DNA of 63,981 nt, counting the filler, from Caldilineae bacterium (GTDB taxonomy: Bacteria; Chloroflexota; Anaerolineae; DTLA01): NCBI GenBank assembly GCA_037446815.1. It is 6 parts of 6 records of this genome, joined end to end, with 100 filler letters (N's around TTAATTAATTAA, not from the genome) between each part and the next. Parts side by side here need not be neighbours in the genome. Positions count along the whole stretch, not along the records: positions 44,929 to 55,909 come from JBBIHX010000095.1; positions 56,010 to 63,981 come from JBBIHX010000135.1; 4 more parts are not named here. One strand, given 5' to 3'. The notes under the pieces were generated by a model. That model was not told the origin of the DNA, ran no database searches, and saw only the letters and a list, made by a program, of their open reading frames with translations. The position numbers were made by a program, and so were the translations under genes. Shown here one piece after another: positions 51,879 through 62,000 of this stretch; within the stretch, counting starts at the first letter, position 1, and every line of letters starts with the position of its first letter.

Positions 51879-53735
51879 CTACAGCATCCAGTCCAGGCCG
51901 AGCCGCTCCAGCGTTTCCTTCTTGGGCAAGCCGAACTTCTGATCCCAGCCCATGGACTCGTAGTAACTGTCCAGGTTCTTCTGCAGGTCCACGACCTCGC
52001 CCTCGCCGCGGCCATCGGGGGCCGGCTCTTTCAGGAACCGCTCGGGCAGGGTGTCGTCCTTGCGATCAAACCCGAAGCGGGCGTTGATCTGGCGCTCCAT
52101 GTTGATAACGCGCTCGGCTGCCTTCAGCAGATCGTACTTGGAGATGGTGCGGCCCATGGCAGCGGAGGTGAGCCTCGCCCAGGTAGAGGCCTTGATGGCC
52201 AGCGTGATGGAGGCGAACAGGCAGACGCCTAGCAGGTTGGTCGCCATGGACAGTTCCTGGAACGGCTTCACCCAGGCCTTGTTGCCGTCCTCCAGGTAGT
52301 TGATGTCGCCGGTGATGCCGAGTTCCTCGTCGCGGTACCCGAAGGCGTCAATGGCGGACGCATACGGGCGCAGGTGGTCGGCGCCGCGTGCGGATGTGGC
52401 GTGTACGATGGACTCGCCCTTGCTGGCGCGGACGCCGTCGGCGGCCATCTCCAGGCCCTTCACGTGCATGGCGGCCTTCTCGGCCTTGGGGCCGAGTTTC
52501 TCGGCGGCGCGCTTCACGCCGTTGGCCAGCAGGTCGCCGATGCCCTCGCGGTGGGCGATCAACTTCACGAGTTCCACGACGGCGTCGCCATTGCCCCAGG
52601 TCAGGTCCAGCCCGCCGGTCTGCTCCTTGGTCAGCAGGCCCATCTCATACCACTCCATGGCCGTGGCGATGACCTGGCCCGTGGAGATGACATCCAGCCC
52701 GAAGTTGTTCGCCAGGTGGTTGGCGGCGGCGACGGCGTTCAGGTCGGTTACGAAGCACTTGCTGCCAAACGCGGCGACAGCCTCGTACTCAGGGCCGCCG
52801 CCCTCAAGCCCGGCGTACTTGCCGCTCTTGATCTTGGTGTGGCGACCGCAGGCGATGGGGCATCCGAAGCAGGCGTAGGGCTTGACCTCCAACGTCTCGT
52901 GATACGCCTTGTACGTCAGCAGGTCCTTGGACGCGGGGAAGGTGGTGCGCTGCCAGTTGCGGGTGGGCAGGATTCCCAGCGCGTCAATGGCGTCGTAGAA
53001 CGACGGCGTGCCGAAGGGGTGCAGTTCGTCGCGCACGAAGGCTTCGGCGAACAGTTCATCCCGCGCGGCCTTGGCGGCTTCCTTCAATGCGTCGGGGTCG
53101 GCAATGGGCAGCGGCTTGGTTCCGCGCACGGCGATGGCCTTCAGGTTCTTGGCTCCCATCACGGCCCCAGGCCCGCCGCGCCCGAACGCTCGGTGCTTGT
53201 CCGTCATGATGTTGGCGAAGAGGACGCCTTTCTCGCCCGCTGGGCCGATGGACGCAATCTGGAGTCCCTGCGCGCCGACTGCCTGCTTGATGGCATCCTC
53301 GGTCTCCTTGACGCCAAGACCCCACAGGCCCGACGCATCGCGGATCTCCACTCTGTCATCCTGGACTAGCAGGTACACGGGCTTGTTCGCCTTGCCGGTG
53401 ATGACGAGGAGGTCCCAGCCGGCCTTTTTCAGGGCCGGGGCGAAGTGGCCGCCCGCGTTGGCCGCGCCGATGGTGCCGGTGGCCGGCGAGCGGAAGATGA
53501 CGCAGGCCCGCCCGCTGCAGGGGGCCGCCGTGCCGGTCAGCGGGCCGGTGGCGAAGATCATGGGCTGTTCCGGCGCAAGGCCGTCGCGGTCGTCGTGCAC
53601 CAGGTCCCAGAACAGCCGAACGGCCACGCCCTCGCCGCCGAGGTAATCGCGGTACCATTCGGGCGGGAGCGTCTGCGAGGTGATGCTGCCGTTGGAGAGG
53701 TTCACAAATAGCGCGCGTCCTGTGTATCCCTTCAT
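51879..53735 (-). CDS. aor: tungsten-type aldehyde:ferredoxin oxidoreductase
   Basis: SPATG, IGPAGE, GRGGPGAVMGAKNLKA, CFGCPIAC, GPEYE, GLD, DTLPERF. Confidence 0.92.
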   Translation of the reverse strand: MKGYTGRALFVNLSNGSITSQTLPPEWYRDYLGGEGVAVRLFWDLVHDDRDGLAPEQPMIFATGPLTGTAAPCSGRACVIFRSPATGTIGAANAGGHFAPALKKAGWDLLVITGKANKPVYLLVQDDRVEIRDASGLWGLGVKETEDAIKQAVGAQGLQIASIGPAGEKGVLFANIMTDKHRAFGRGGPGAVMGAKNLKAIAVRGTKPLPIADPDALKEAAKAARDELFAEAFVRDELHPFGTPSFYDAIDALGILPTRNWQRTTFPASKDLLTYKAYHETLEVKPYACFGCPIACGRHTKIKSGKYAGLEGGGPEYEAVAAFGSKCFVTDLNAVAAANHLANNFGLDVISTGQVIATAMEWYEMGLLTKEQTGGLDLTWGNGDAVVELVKLIAHREGIGDLLANGVKRAAEKLGPKAEKAAMHVKGLEMAADGVRASKGESIVHATSARGADHLRPYASAIDAFGYRDEELGITGDINYLEDGNKAWVKPFQELSMATNLLGVCLFASITLAIKASTWARLTSAAMGRTISKYDLLKAAERVINMERQINARFGFDRKDDTLPERFLKEPAPDGRGEGEVVDLQKNLDSYYESMGWDQKFGLPKKETLERLGLDWML

Positions 53736-53902
53736 GGTCACTTTACCTCCATTGGTAAGTTTGTGCGACACATCAGCGTGAAGCATGGGGCCGTGAAATC
53801 GCAATGCCGATTCGTGCGGCTTCTTGTTGCGGGGTCACCTCCTTTTGCAAGTCGTGAGGGCGCGGTCATGTGCCCGTCGGATACACGATTATAGAGAAAC
53901 GA

Positions 53903-53948
53903 TAGTGCATTCCATCACAATTATACACAGGAATGGGCTTTCAGACAA
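53903..53948 (-). promoter_or_regulatory. aor promoter with adjacent Rex-like operator
   Basis: TTGTCT-N17-TATAAT (53948-53920); TTGTGATGGAATGCACTA (53920-53903). Confidence 0.5.
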
Positions 53949-53966
53949 ATCGGGGCAGGGGGCGAC

Positions 53967-54229
53967 GTAGGGGCGGGTCTCTGTTGGGGACAGGTCTGAG
54001 ACGCGCCCCTACAACGTGCCCGTAACGTGGCGGCTTTAGCCCCGCGCGGTGCCACGTATGTAGGGGCGACCGACCGGTCGCGTGTGCACCACGGATAGCA
54101 CGGATGGGGCAAAGCAGAGCAAAAGGCATTTGCCCTACGGGATTCTTCGGCGCTTCGCGCCTCAGAATGACAGCCCCAGAGCCGCGAACGGCAAACGTGC
54201 GACGCACCTCCGAGGGCGTGTCGCACGTT
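53967..54229. repeat. REP-like mosaic
   Basis: GTAGGGGCG...CGCCCCTAC, GCGGCTTTAGCCCCGC, CACGGATAGCACGGAT, CAGAATGAC, AACGTGCGACGC modules. Confidence 0.8.
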
Positions 54230-54315
54230 GAGTCGCGGTTGGGCCGCCGGATCGTCCGACGAAAAGGCATTGGGCTTCGTGCCTGTGGCGGCGCGGGCCG
54301 ATTCTGCGCTGCGGG

Positions 54316-55785
54316 CTATCCCTTAAGCAGACCGGTCATCTCGTTGAACTGCTGGATGAGGGCGTCTATCTCCGGAATCTGGCGCTGGAACCCTGTCCAG
54401 TAATCGGGGTCATACCACTGCGCCTGAATCTCGGCGTAGGTCTTGCCCTGCTGCTCCACCCAGGTGAAGTACTTGAGGTTGTGCACCCGCTTGCGGTCCC
54501 AGTAGCCGAGTTCTTCCACATAGTCCACGGAGCAGCCCAGCAGGTAGCGGCTGTAGTCGGCAGCGGCGTCCTTCTCCGTGTACTCGCCGCGCTCCTCGCG
54601 CAGTTCCTGCACGCGGCTCTGATACAATTCCATGGAGTCGGTCCACACCGTCAGCACGATGTCGTGTTCGCCCAGTTCGTACCACTTGGCGAACTTGATG
54701 GCCGACAGGACGTTGGCGATGCTGGAGATGCCCAGCAGGTCCAGGCGGGCGACGAGGGATTCGGGCACGCCGCGCTTGGCGAGATAGGCCCGCCCGACCG
54801 GTTCGTTGAACAGGCGCACCAGGCTGACGCACGCCTCATCGTCAATGGCCATGACCATGTCGGTGTTCTTGATGTTGTGCACCCAGGGCACGTGCTTGTC
54901 GCCGATGCCCTCAATGCGATGCCCGCCGAAGCCGTTGAGCAGGAGGGTGGGGCATTGGAGCGCCTCGCTGGCGGCGACCTTGCTGGAGGGGAAGACCTGC
55001 TTCATGTAGTCGCCGCAGCCAATGGTGCCGGCCGAACCGGTGGTGAGCACCACGCCTCGGTACTCGTCGCGCGGGCCCATCACCTCGCGCAGCACCTCTT
55101 CCATGGCGTGGCCGGTAACCTCATAGTGCCACAGGTAGTTGCCGAATTCCTCAAACTGGTTGAAGATGAAGACCTTGTCGCCCCGCGTTCGCTTCAGTTC
55201 CCAGCACTTGTCAAAGATTTCCTTGACGTTGCTTTCGCAGCCGGGCGTGGCGATGACCTCGCCGGCGAGTTTGGACAGCCACTCAAACCGCTCGCGGCTC
55301 ATGCCCTCGGGCAGGATGGCGATGGATTCGCACCCGAGGAGCGCCGCGTTGTACGATCCGCCGCGGCAGAAGTTGCCTGTGGAGGGCCATACGGCCTTGT
55401 GGTAGGTGGGGTCAAACTGGCCGGTAACCAGGCGGGGCACCAAGCAGCCGAACGTCGCGCCGACCTTGTGGGCGCCGGTGGGGAACCACTTGCCCACCAA
55501 GGCGATGATGCGGGCGGGCACTCCCGTGAGGGCCGGCGGCAGTTCCACGTAGTTCACGCCGCCGAACCCGCCCCCGAAGGGCACCGGCTCGTTCTTCCAC
55601 GTGATGCGGAACAGGTTGAGGGAATTCACATCCCAGAGGCCGATGTTCTTCAGGCGCGCCTTGATGGAGTCGGGAATCCGGGAGGGGTCCTTCATCTGGG
55701 CGAAGGTCGGGATGATGATGTGCCGCTCGCGGGCCCGCTGGACAGAGCGCTTGAGGGATTCCGGATGGACGGTCAGGTCAATCAT
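54316..55785 (-). CDS. PLP-dependent fold-type II (cysteine synthase/PALP-like) enzyme
   Basis: GAHKVGA PLP lysine, PSTGN, GSAGT, HRIEGIG. Confidence 0.85.
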   Translation of the reverse strand: MIDLTVHPESLKRSVQRARERHIIIPTFAQMKDPSRIPDSIKARLKNIGLWDVNSLNLFRITWKNEPVPFGGGFGGVNYVELPPALTGVPARIIALVGKWFPTGAHKVGATFGCLVPRLVTGQFDPTYHKAVWPSTGNFCRGGSYNAALLGCESIAILPEGMSRERFEWLSKLAGEVIATPGCESNVKEIFDKCWELKRTRGDKVFIFNQFEEFGNYLWHYEVTGHAMEEVLREVMGPRDEYRGVVLTTGSAGTIGCGDYMKQVFPSSKVAASEALQCPTLLLNGFGGHRIEGIGDKHVPWVHNIKNTDMVMAIDDEACVSLVRLFNEPVGRAYLAKRGVPESLVARLDLLGISSIANVLSAIKFAKWYELGEHDIVLTVWTDSMELYQSRVQELREERGEYTEKDAAADYSRYLLGCSVDYVEELGYWDRKRVHNLKYFTWVEQQGKTYAEIQAQWYDPDYWTGFQRQIPEIDALIQQFNEMTGLLKG

Positions 55786-55847
55786 GGGCGTTTGCCTCCC
55801 CGATGGTGTTGTCGGCGCGCCGCGGTAGAGTGCGCGGCGCGCGGGTT

Positions 55848-55894
55848 TGTCAGATGTCTGACATATTCTACCATCTGACGAGCCTCGCTGTCAA
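55848..55894 (-). promoter_or_regulatory. promoter with GntR-like operator
   Basis: TTGACA-N18-TAGAAT with TG extension; palindrome TGTCAGA-TG-TCTGACA at 55848-55863. Confidence 0.6.
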
Positions 55895-55909
55895 ACGGCG
55901 GGAGCGCGG

Positions 55910-56009
55910 NNNNNNNNNNNNNNNNNNNNNNNNNNNNNNNNNNNNNNNNNNNNTTAATTAATTAANNNNNNNNNNNNNNNNNNNNNNNNNNNNNNNNNNN
56001 NNNNNNNNN
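55910..56009. other. artificial contig linker
   Basis: N/TTAATTAATTAA/N. Confidence 0.98.
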
Positions 56010-56290
56010 CATCCACGGATAGCACGGATTGCGCGGATGGGGCAAAGTAGAGCGAATTGGCAATTCGCTCTACGAGATTCCTCGCCGCTCCGCGCTCGCA
56101 GCGATAGGGCCACGCCCCCTCGCCCGCCGGGAGAGGGCCGGGGTGAGGGGCCACGCCCCCTCGCCCGCTGGGAGATGGCCGGAGTGAGGGCGACGCCCCC
56201 TCGCCCACTGGGAGAGGGCCGGGGTGAGGGCGCGCAGGGCTCCTCGCCCGCCGGGAGAGGGCCGGGGTGAGGGCACGCGGGGCCCCTCGC
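56010..56290. repeat. REP mosaic with four tandem units of about 41 bp
   Basis: CCTCGCCC...GGGAGAGGGCCGGGGTGAGGG x4 (56107-56273). Confidence 0.85.
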
Positions 56291-56392
56291 TCCCGCGCCT
56301 CGCAGGACAGCGCACGCCAACGGGCTTCGCGCGCGTTTGCCCAAACCGCCCCGCCGCGGTAATATTGCGCCGACGGAGGCGCGAGAATCCCG

Positions 56393-56893
56393 ATGAACCC
56401 CTATGCGGTGGCGGCAATCCTGGTGGGCGTTGCGGCGGCGCAGACGGCCATCGCGCCCCACCTGGCCATTTTCGGTGTGCGGCCCAACTTGCCCCTGTTG
56501 GTTGTTACCGCGTGGGGGCTGCTCCGCGGGTCGGGCGAGGGCATCTGGTGGGGGCTTGGCGCGGGGCTTGCGCTGGACCTGTTCGCGGGCGTCCCGCTGG
56601 GGATGTTCGCCACGGGGCTGGTGCTGGCGGGCCTCGTGTCGGGCCTGGGCGAGCGCCTGGTCTTCCGCACTCACGTCCTGCTGCCCGCGCTGACCGTCGC
56701 GGCCAACACGCTGGTGGCCAACCTGGCCGCCGTCGGCGTGATGAAACTGTTGGACTGGCCCATCCGTTTTGGCGCGGTCATGACCACCGCCGTGCTCCCT
56801 GAGATGGCGTACAACGTCGTCGGCATCCTGCTGGTGTTCCCGGTGATGACATGGCTCCACCGCAGGATTGAGGACAGGAGCATAGAACTGTAG
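56393..56893 (+). CDS. mreD: rod shape-determining protein MreD
   Basis: Hydrophobic ORF with RPNLPLL and GLALDL; directly before PBP2. Confidence 0.85.
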   Translation: MNPYAVAAILVGVAAAQTAIAPHLAIFGVRPNLPLLVVTAWGLLRGSGEGIWWGLGAGLALDLFAGVPLGMFATGLVLAGLVSGLGERLVFRTHVLLPALTVAANTLVANLAAVGVMKLLDWPIRFGAVMTTAVLPEMAYNVVGILLVFPVMTWLHRRIEDRSIEL

Positions 56894-56927
56894 GCGCGCG
56901 CCCATACCGTTTGGTCTTGCAGATGCG

Positions 56928-58850
56928 ATGACGGAAACCAATGACCGGGGAAAACTGATACTGTTTCGGGCGCTCATCGTGCTTGTCTTTGTGATTCTGA
57001 CGGCGCGGCTGTGGCGCATGCAGATCGTGCAGGGCCAGCAGTACGCCGCCCTGGCCGAGCGCAACCGATTCCGCCTCGTCTCCATCCCACCGCTGCGGGG
57101 CGTCATCAGCGACCGCTGGGGCGTGGTCCTGGCGCGGAACACCGCCGCGTATGCGGTAACGATCACGCCCGCGGACCTGCCCGATGACGAGGCCGAGCGC
57201 CGCCGCGTGCTCATCCGCCTGAGCGAACTGCTGGGCATTCCGGCGTTCCCCGAGGAGGGCGCGCGGACGCTCCCCGACCGCCTGGCCCGGCCCATCAAGC
57301 CCACCAACATCTCCGACATGCTGCGCGAGGGGATTTACAACCCGTTCCAGCCCATCTACATCAAGCGCAATGTGGCCCGCGACATCGCGTTCACCATTGA
57401 AGAGGAGCATCTAGACCTGCCCGGCGTGCAAGTGGTGGCAGACCCCATTCGCGAGTATCCGACGGGGGCGACCACGGCCCACATCATCGGCTACACGGGC
57501 AGCATTCCCGCGGAGGAAGCCGCGTCGTATGAGGCCAAGGGCTACAACATCTTTTCGGATCAAATCGGGCTGGCGGGCGTGGAAGCGGTGGCCGAAGAGT
57601 ACCTGCACGGCGAAGCGGGCCGCAAGCACATTGAGGTGGACATCGCCGGGCGCGAACTGCGCACGGTGAGCGAGGGCCAGCCGGCGATTCCGGGGGACAA
57701 GGTCGTGCTGGCCCTGGACGCGGACTTGCAGCGGTTCACCGAGGACGCGCTGCGCCGCACCCTGGCCGACTGGGGCATCCAGCAGGGCGCGGTGGTGGTG
57801 CTGCACGCGCAGACGGGCGAGGTGCTCGCCATGGTCAGCCTGCCCAACTATGACAACAACCTGTTCGCCCGCGGCATTGACGCGAAGACTTACCAGACGC
57901 TGCTGGATGACCCGAACCGCCCGCTGGTGAATCACGCCATCTCCGCCGCCCAGCCGCCCGGCTCCACGTTCAAGGTCATCACGGCGGCGGGCGCGCTCCA
58001 GGAGCGGGTCATCACGCCGCGCACCCAGTTCCGCTGCGAGGGCGAGATGTGGGTGCCCAACAAGTTCTTCCCCGATGACCCCAGCCTGGCCCAGCGGTTC
58101 GTGTGCTGGTGGAAGTGGGGCCACGGCGACCTGAACGTCATCGGCGGGCTGGCCTATTCCTGCGACATCTTCTTCTACAATGCAGGCGGGGGCTACATTG
58201 ACCGGGCCGGGCTGGGCGTGGACAAACTGGCCGAGTGGGCCAGGTTCTTCGGCCTGGGCGAGAAGACGGGCATTGACCTGCCGGGCGAATCGGCGGGGCT
58301 GGTGCCGACGCCCGATTGGAAGCGGCTGAACTATTCCGAGTCGTGGGTGCTGGGCGACACGTATAACATGTCCATCGGCCAGGGGTTCGTGCTGGCAACG
58401 CCACTGCAAATGGCCAACGTGGCGGCGACCATTGCCAACGGCGGGACGGTGTACCGGCCGCAGATTATCCGCGAGGTGGTGGGCGCCGACGGCAAGGTGG
58501 TGAAGCCGTTTCGGCCTCAGGTTATCCGCAAACTGGACATAGACCCCGAGGCGCTGCACACTGTGCAGGAGGGGATGCGGGCGGCTGTGGCTTGGGGTAC
58601 GGCGCATCGGGCTGCGCTGAAGACCATCAACGTGGCGGGGAAGACCGGCACGGCGGAGTTCCCCGGGCCGCGGGACGAAGAGGGCCACCTGCCGACCCAC
58701 GCCTGGTTCATCGCCTATGCGCCCTACGAGAACCCGGAGATCGCGCTGGCGGTGTTCCTGTACGGCGGGGGGCAGCGCGCGGCGGAAGGGTCCACGGCGG
58801 CGGCTCCCCTTTCGCGCGAGATCATGTCGTACTACTTCCAGGCGGAGTAG
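56928..58850 (+). CDS. mrdA: penicillin-binding protein 2
   Basis: RGVISDR, PGSTFK (SxxK), SCD, KTGTAE, HAWF. Confidence 0.93.
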   Translation: MTETNDRGKLILFRALIVLVFVILTARLWRMQIVQGQQYAALAERNRFRLVSIPPLRGVISDRWGVVLARNTAAYAVTITPADLPDDEAERRRVLIRLSELLGIPAFPEEGARTLPDRLARPIKPTNISDMLREGIYNPFQPIYIKRNVARDIAFTIEEEHLDLPGVQVVADPIREYPTGATTAHIIGYTGSIPAEEAASYEAKGYNIFSDQIGLAGVEAVAEEYLHGEAGRKHIEVDIAGRELRTVSEGQPAIPGDKVVLALDADLQRFTEDALRRTLADWGIQQGAVVVLHAQTGEVLAMVSLPNYDNNLFARGIDAKTYQTLLDDPNRPLVNHAISAAQPPGSTFKVITAAGALQERVITPRTQFRCEGEMWVPNKFFPDDPSLAQRFVCWWKWGHGDLNVIGGLAYSCDIFFYNAGGGYIDRAGLGVDKLAEWARFFGLGEKTGIDLPGESAGLVPTPDWKRLNYSESWVLGDTYNMSIGQGFVLATPLQMANVAATIANGGTVYRPQIIREVVGADGKVVKPFRPQVIRKLDIDPEALHTVQEGMRAAVAWGTAHRAALKTINVAGKTGTAEFPGPRDEEGHLPTHAWFIAYAPYENPEIALAVFLYGGGQRAAEGSTAAAPLSREIMSYYFQAE

Positions 58851-58930
58851 GGGGCACTTGCCCCGACGCGCCCCGCGCCCGTCCAGCGGCTGATTTTCCA
58901 AGGGTACCCCGAAAGCAGTACCTTCGTACC

Positions 58931-58959
58931 TTGAAGCTGCGCGAAAATTCCGCTATAAT
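58931..58959 (+). promoter_or_regulatory. sigma70 promoter
   Basis: TTGAAG-N17-TATAAT. Confidence 0.6.
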
Positions 58960-59055
58960 GTCATCAGACACATTCAACCCTCGCTGCTGCATCCACGACA
59001 GGCCGGGAATATGGTACGATCTGTATCGCCGCCACCGGGGCGAAGGAGGGTTATC

Positions 59056-62000
59056 ATGAGAAAGCACGTAATTGCAGGCCTGCGGGCGTTCCTGGTCCTT
59101 TCACTAGCAATGGGGCTCGTTGGGGCAGGGCCAAGACCCACAGTACGAGGGGAGCCGGAGGAGCATGCCTCCCTTTCTGGACAGACTCCGGCCACTGACG
59201 ATGTGGTTGCGAATTCAGTCCTTGAGATACCCTATATTTCGCAGTATCAAGGACTGTGCACATCCAACTGTGACTGCGGTCCTGCAAGTGCCGCTATGGT
59301 TCTACAGAAGCATGGCAAGCGGCCAGCGGGGTTGACCGACGCGCAATGGGTACAGGATGTCAGGGGGAAGTCCGGGAACACAGGGTGTTACTGCACATCA
59401 ACGGATCACCGCAACTATCTTACCTTCCCCCAACTGGAGGCTGCCATTAGGGCATATGGCGGCCTAGTGGTGGAGGAGATTCCCCCTACGCTCTCGCCAC
59501 AGCCAGATGCCCAGATGCAGCAGATGAAGAATGCAATTACAGCGGGCAAACCTGTAATCGCCCTTGTGCATGGCGCTTCCTTAGGGCGTGGAAGCAATTA
59601 CGGGGACCATTTTGTTGTTGTGAGAGGCTTCTCGGATGATGGCCAGTCGGTGTACGTGAATGATCCTGACAATAGGTGTTTGAGCGGGTGGCTGGAGTGC
59701 GGAGGGGCCAGGACGTGGTCATACTCGCGATTCAAGACGGCGTGCTATCAAGCGGCATACGGCCCGTATGGTGTCATTGTCGGCACCCAAACGTCTACAT
59801 CTTGTCCACCAGCAGGCTGCACGCCAGGAAGGGATGTCGGCCGTGACTTCTTCGAGCAGGTTGTTGGCCGTCTGAATGGCGTGCCAATGAGTGGTTTTGC
59901 AGTAGATGCGCTGGTAGCATGGAAACCTTACGAGAATACAGCAGCCTGCTGGAATCCTCTCGCTACAACTTGGAGAATGGAAGTAGTCTGTGACTTTAAC
60001 TCAGTTGGGGTGCAGCACTATCAGAACCAAGATATGGGCGTCCGTGCTACTGCGAACACCCTCAACCTGTCATACTACGAGGCCATTCGCAAAATGCTCC
60101 GCCTAGAGGCATTTGACCGCGAAGGTTTACGCGCCGCCCTTAGCACATGGGGTACTTGCTCGGGTTCAGGCTGCGATTCCCTGCTCAACCGTTGGCAAGA
60201 TCTCTGGAACGCCAGGGGGGGATGCCCCTTGACCAGCATCCCCTCCGGTTACAGCAAGTGCGCGGATGAGGGAGGACGCTGCAACTTCAGCGGCACGGCG
60301 AACGTGATCTATGGTGCGAATAACTGCTACACGTCACCACGGTCGTTCACCAACGGGGTAGACTGCAACAACAGCGTTTTTGGTGATCCGGTGTATGGGG
60401 TGAGGAAATCGTGCTACACCAATGCGTCCAGCGGTGGGTCATGGGCCTATCAACTGTTCTCCTTAGGAGACTTCAACGGGGATAAGTTTGAGAGCAATCA
60501 AACCATTACAGATTTGACCACCGTGGGGTGGAACGATCGCGCTGAATCCATCAAGATCAACTCTGGATATGAGGTCATCGCTTGTGAGCACGCCAATTTT
60601 GGCGGCAATTGCGGGCGTGCAACCGGTCCTGCTCAATTCTCGGACATCAATGCATTGGCGCAGGGGCTCCGCAGGGGCTTGAGCTCCATCAAGGCTTGTG
60701 TAGGCTCTTGCCCCTCGCCTCCATCCACCCCATCTCTCATCAGCCCCTCCAACGGAGCGGCGTTCAACGAGGGCCAAGGCATCAACCTGTCGTGGTCGGC
60801 CACAGGCAATGAGTACTATGGGGAGATATGGGGAGGGCCAGGCGGTACACTAACCTTCGGTTGGCAGACTGGTACATCTAAGGACATTGGCGGTCAGTGG
60901 GCCGGCTACGTATACTCCTGGCACGTCAAGGCGCGGAACAGCGTTGGCGAGAGTGGCTGGAGCGAAACACGCACGTTCACCGTAAGACCGGGAGCCCCCA
61001 CAAACCTGAGTGCCCAAGCGGTATCCACCAGCCAAATCAATCTGTCCTGGGTAGACAACTCTGGCAATGAGGACGGCTACGAGATATACCGCGGTGGCTC
61101 GTTGATTGCACAGACCGGTCCGAATGCGGGAGGGTACCAGGCAACAGGACTGAGTTGTGGCACCAATTACTCCTTCTATGTGAAAGCGTACAAGGGTAGC
61201 ATTGAATCCGATCCCAGCAATACGGCTTCTGCTACCACCCACNNNNNNNNNNNNNNNNNNNNNNNNNNNNNNNNNNNNNNNNNNNNNNNNNNNNNNNNNN
61301 NNNNNNNNNNNNNNNNNNNNNNNNNNNNNNNNNNNNNNNNNNGTACAAGGGTAGCATTGAATCCGATCCCAGCAATACGGCTTCTGCTACCACCCACCCT
61401 TGTCCGCCGCAGACCTGCCCCGCCCCGGCTAATCTGACAGCCGCCGCCCTATCTTCATCCTCCATCCGCCTGAACTGGCAGGACACATGCGATAGCGAGG
61501 ACTCCTTCAAGATACTTCGCAACGGAACCCAGGTCGGTACGGTAGGTGCAGGCACCACGACATGGACCGACAACGGGCTGTCTTGTGGGACAGCGTATTC
61601 CTATAGCGTGAAGGCGCACAACGCCGGGGGCGACTCGCCAGACAGCAACCCGGCGTCTGCTACCACCCACGCTTGCCCGCCTGGGTGTCCGGGAGGCGAC
61701 GCGGGGAATGCCTTTTCCAGCGCTACCTTGGTCTCTCCCCCGGTGGAGAGGACGGAGTACATTTGTCCCGCGGATGATCAGGACTGGTACCGATTCTCGG
61801 CCAGTGCGGGCCAGCCAATCCAGTTGTCATTGTCAAGCGTGCCGGGCGACTACGATTTGTACCTCTACAGGCCCAATGGGACGGAGGCTGCGTCCTCTAC
61901 AGCCGGTGGCACAGCTGACGAGAGCATTGCATTCACGGCGGACGCCACTGGCGAATGGCGCGCCAAAGTGGTCGGCTGGAACGGCGCGTTCAGTGCCACC

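Noticed and set aside
56107..56273. Possible CRISPR array
   Set aside because: Degenerate palindromic units with no unique 30-40 bp spacers and no cas genes; the same motif is dispersed as a REP
58904..58930. GTACC repeated three times upstream of the 58931 promoter
   Set aside because: Short and irregularly spaced; cannot be told from chance
61188..61397. Frameshift or pseudogene in the large secreted protein
   Set aside because: 55 identical bp flank the N gap; merging them restores the frame
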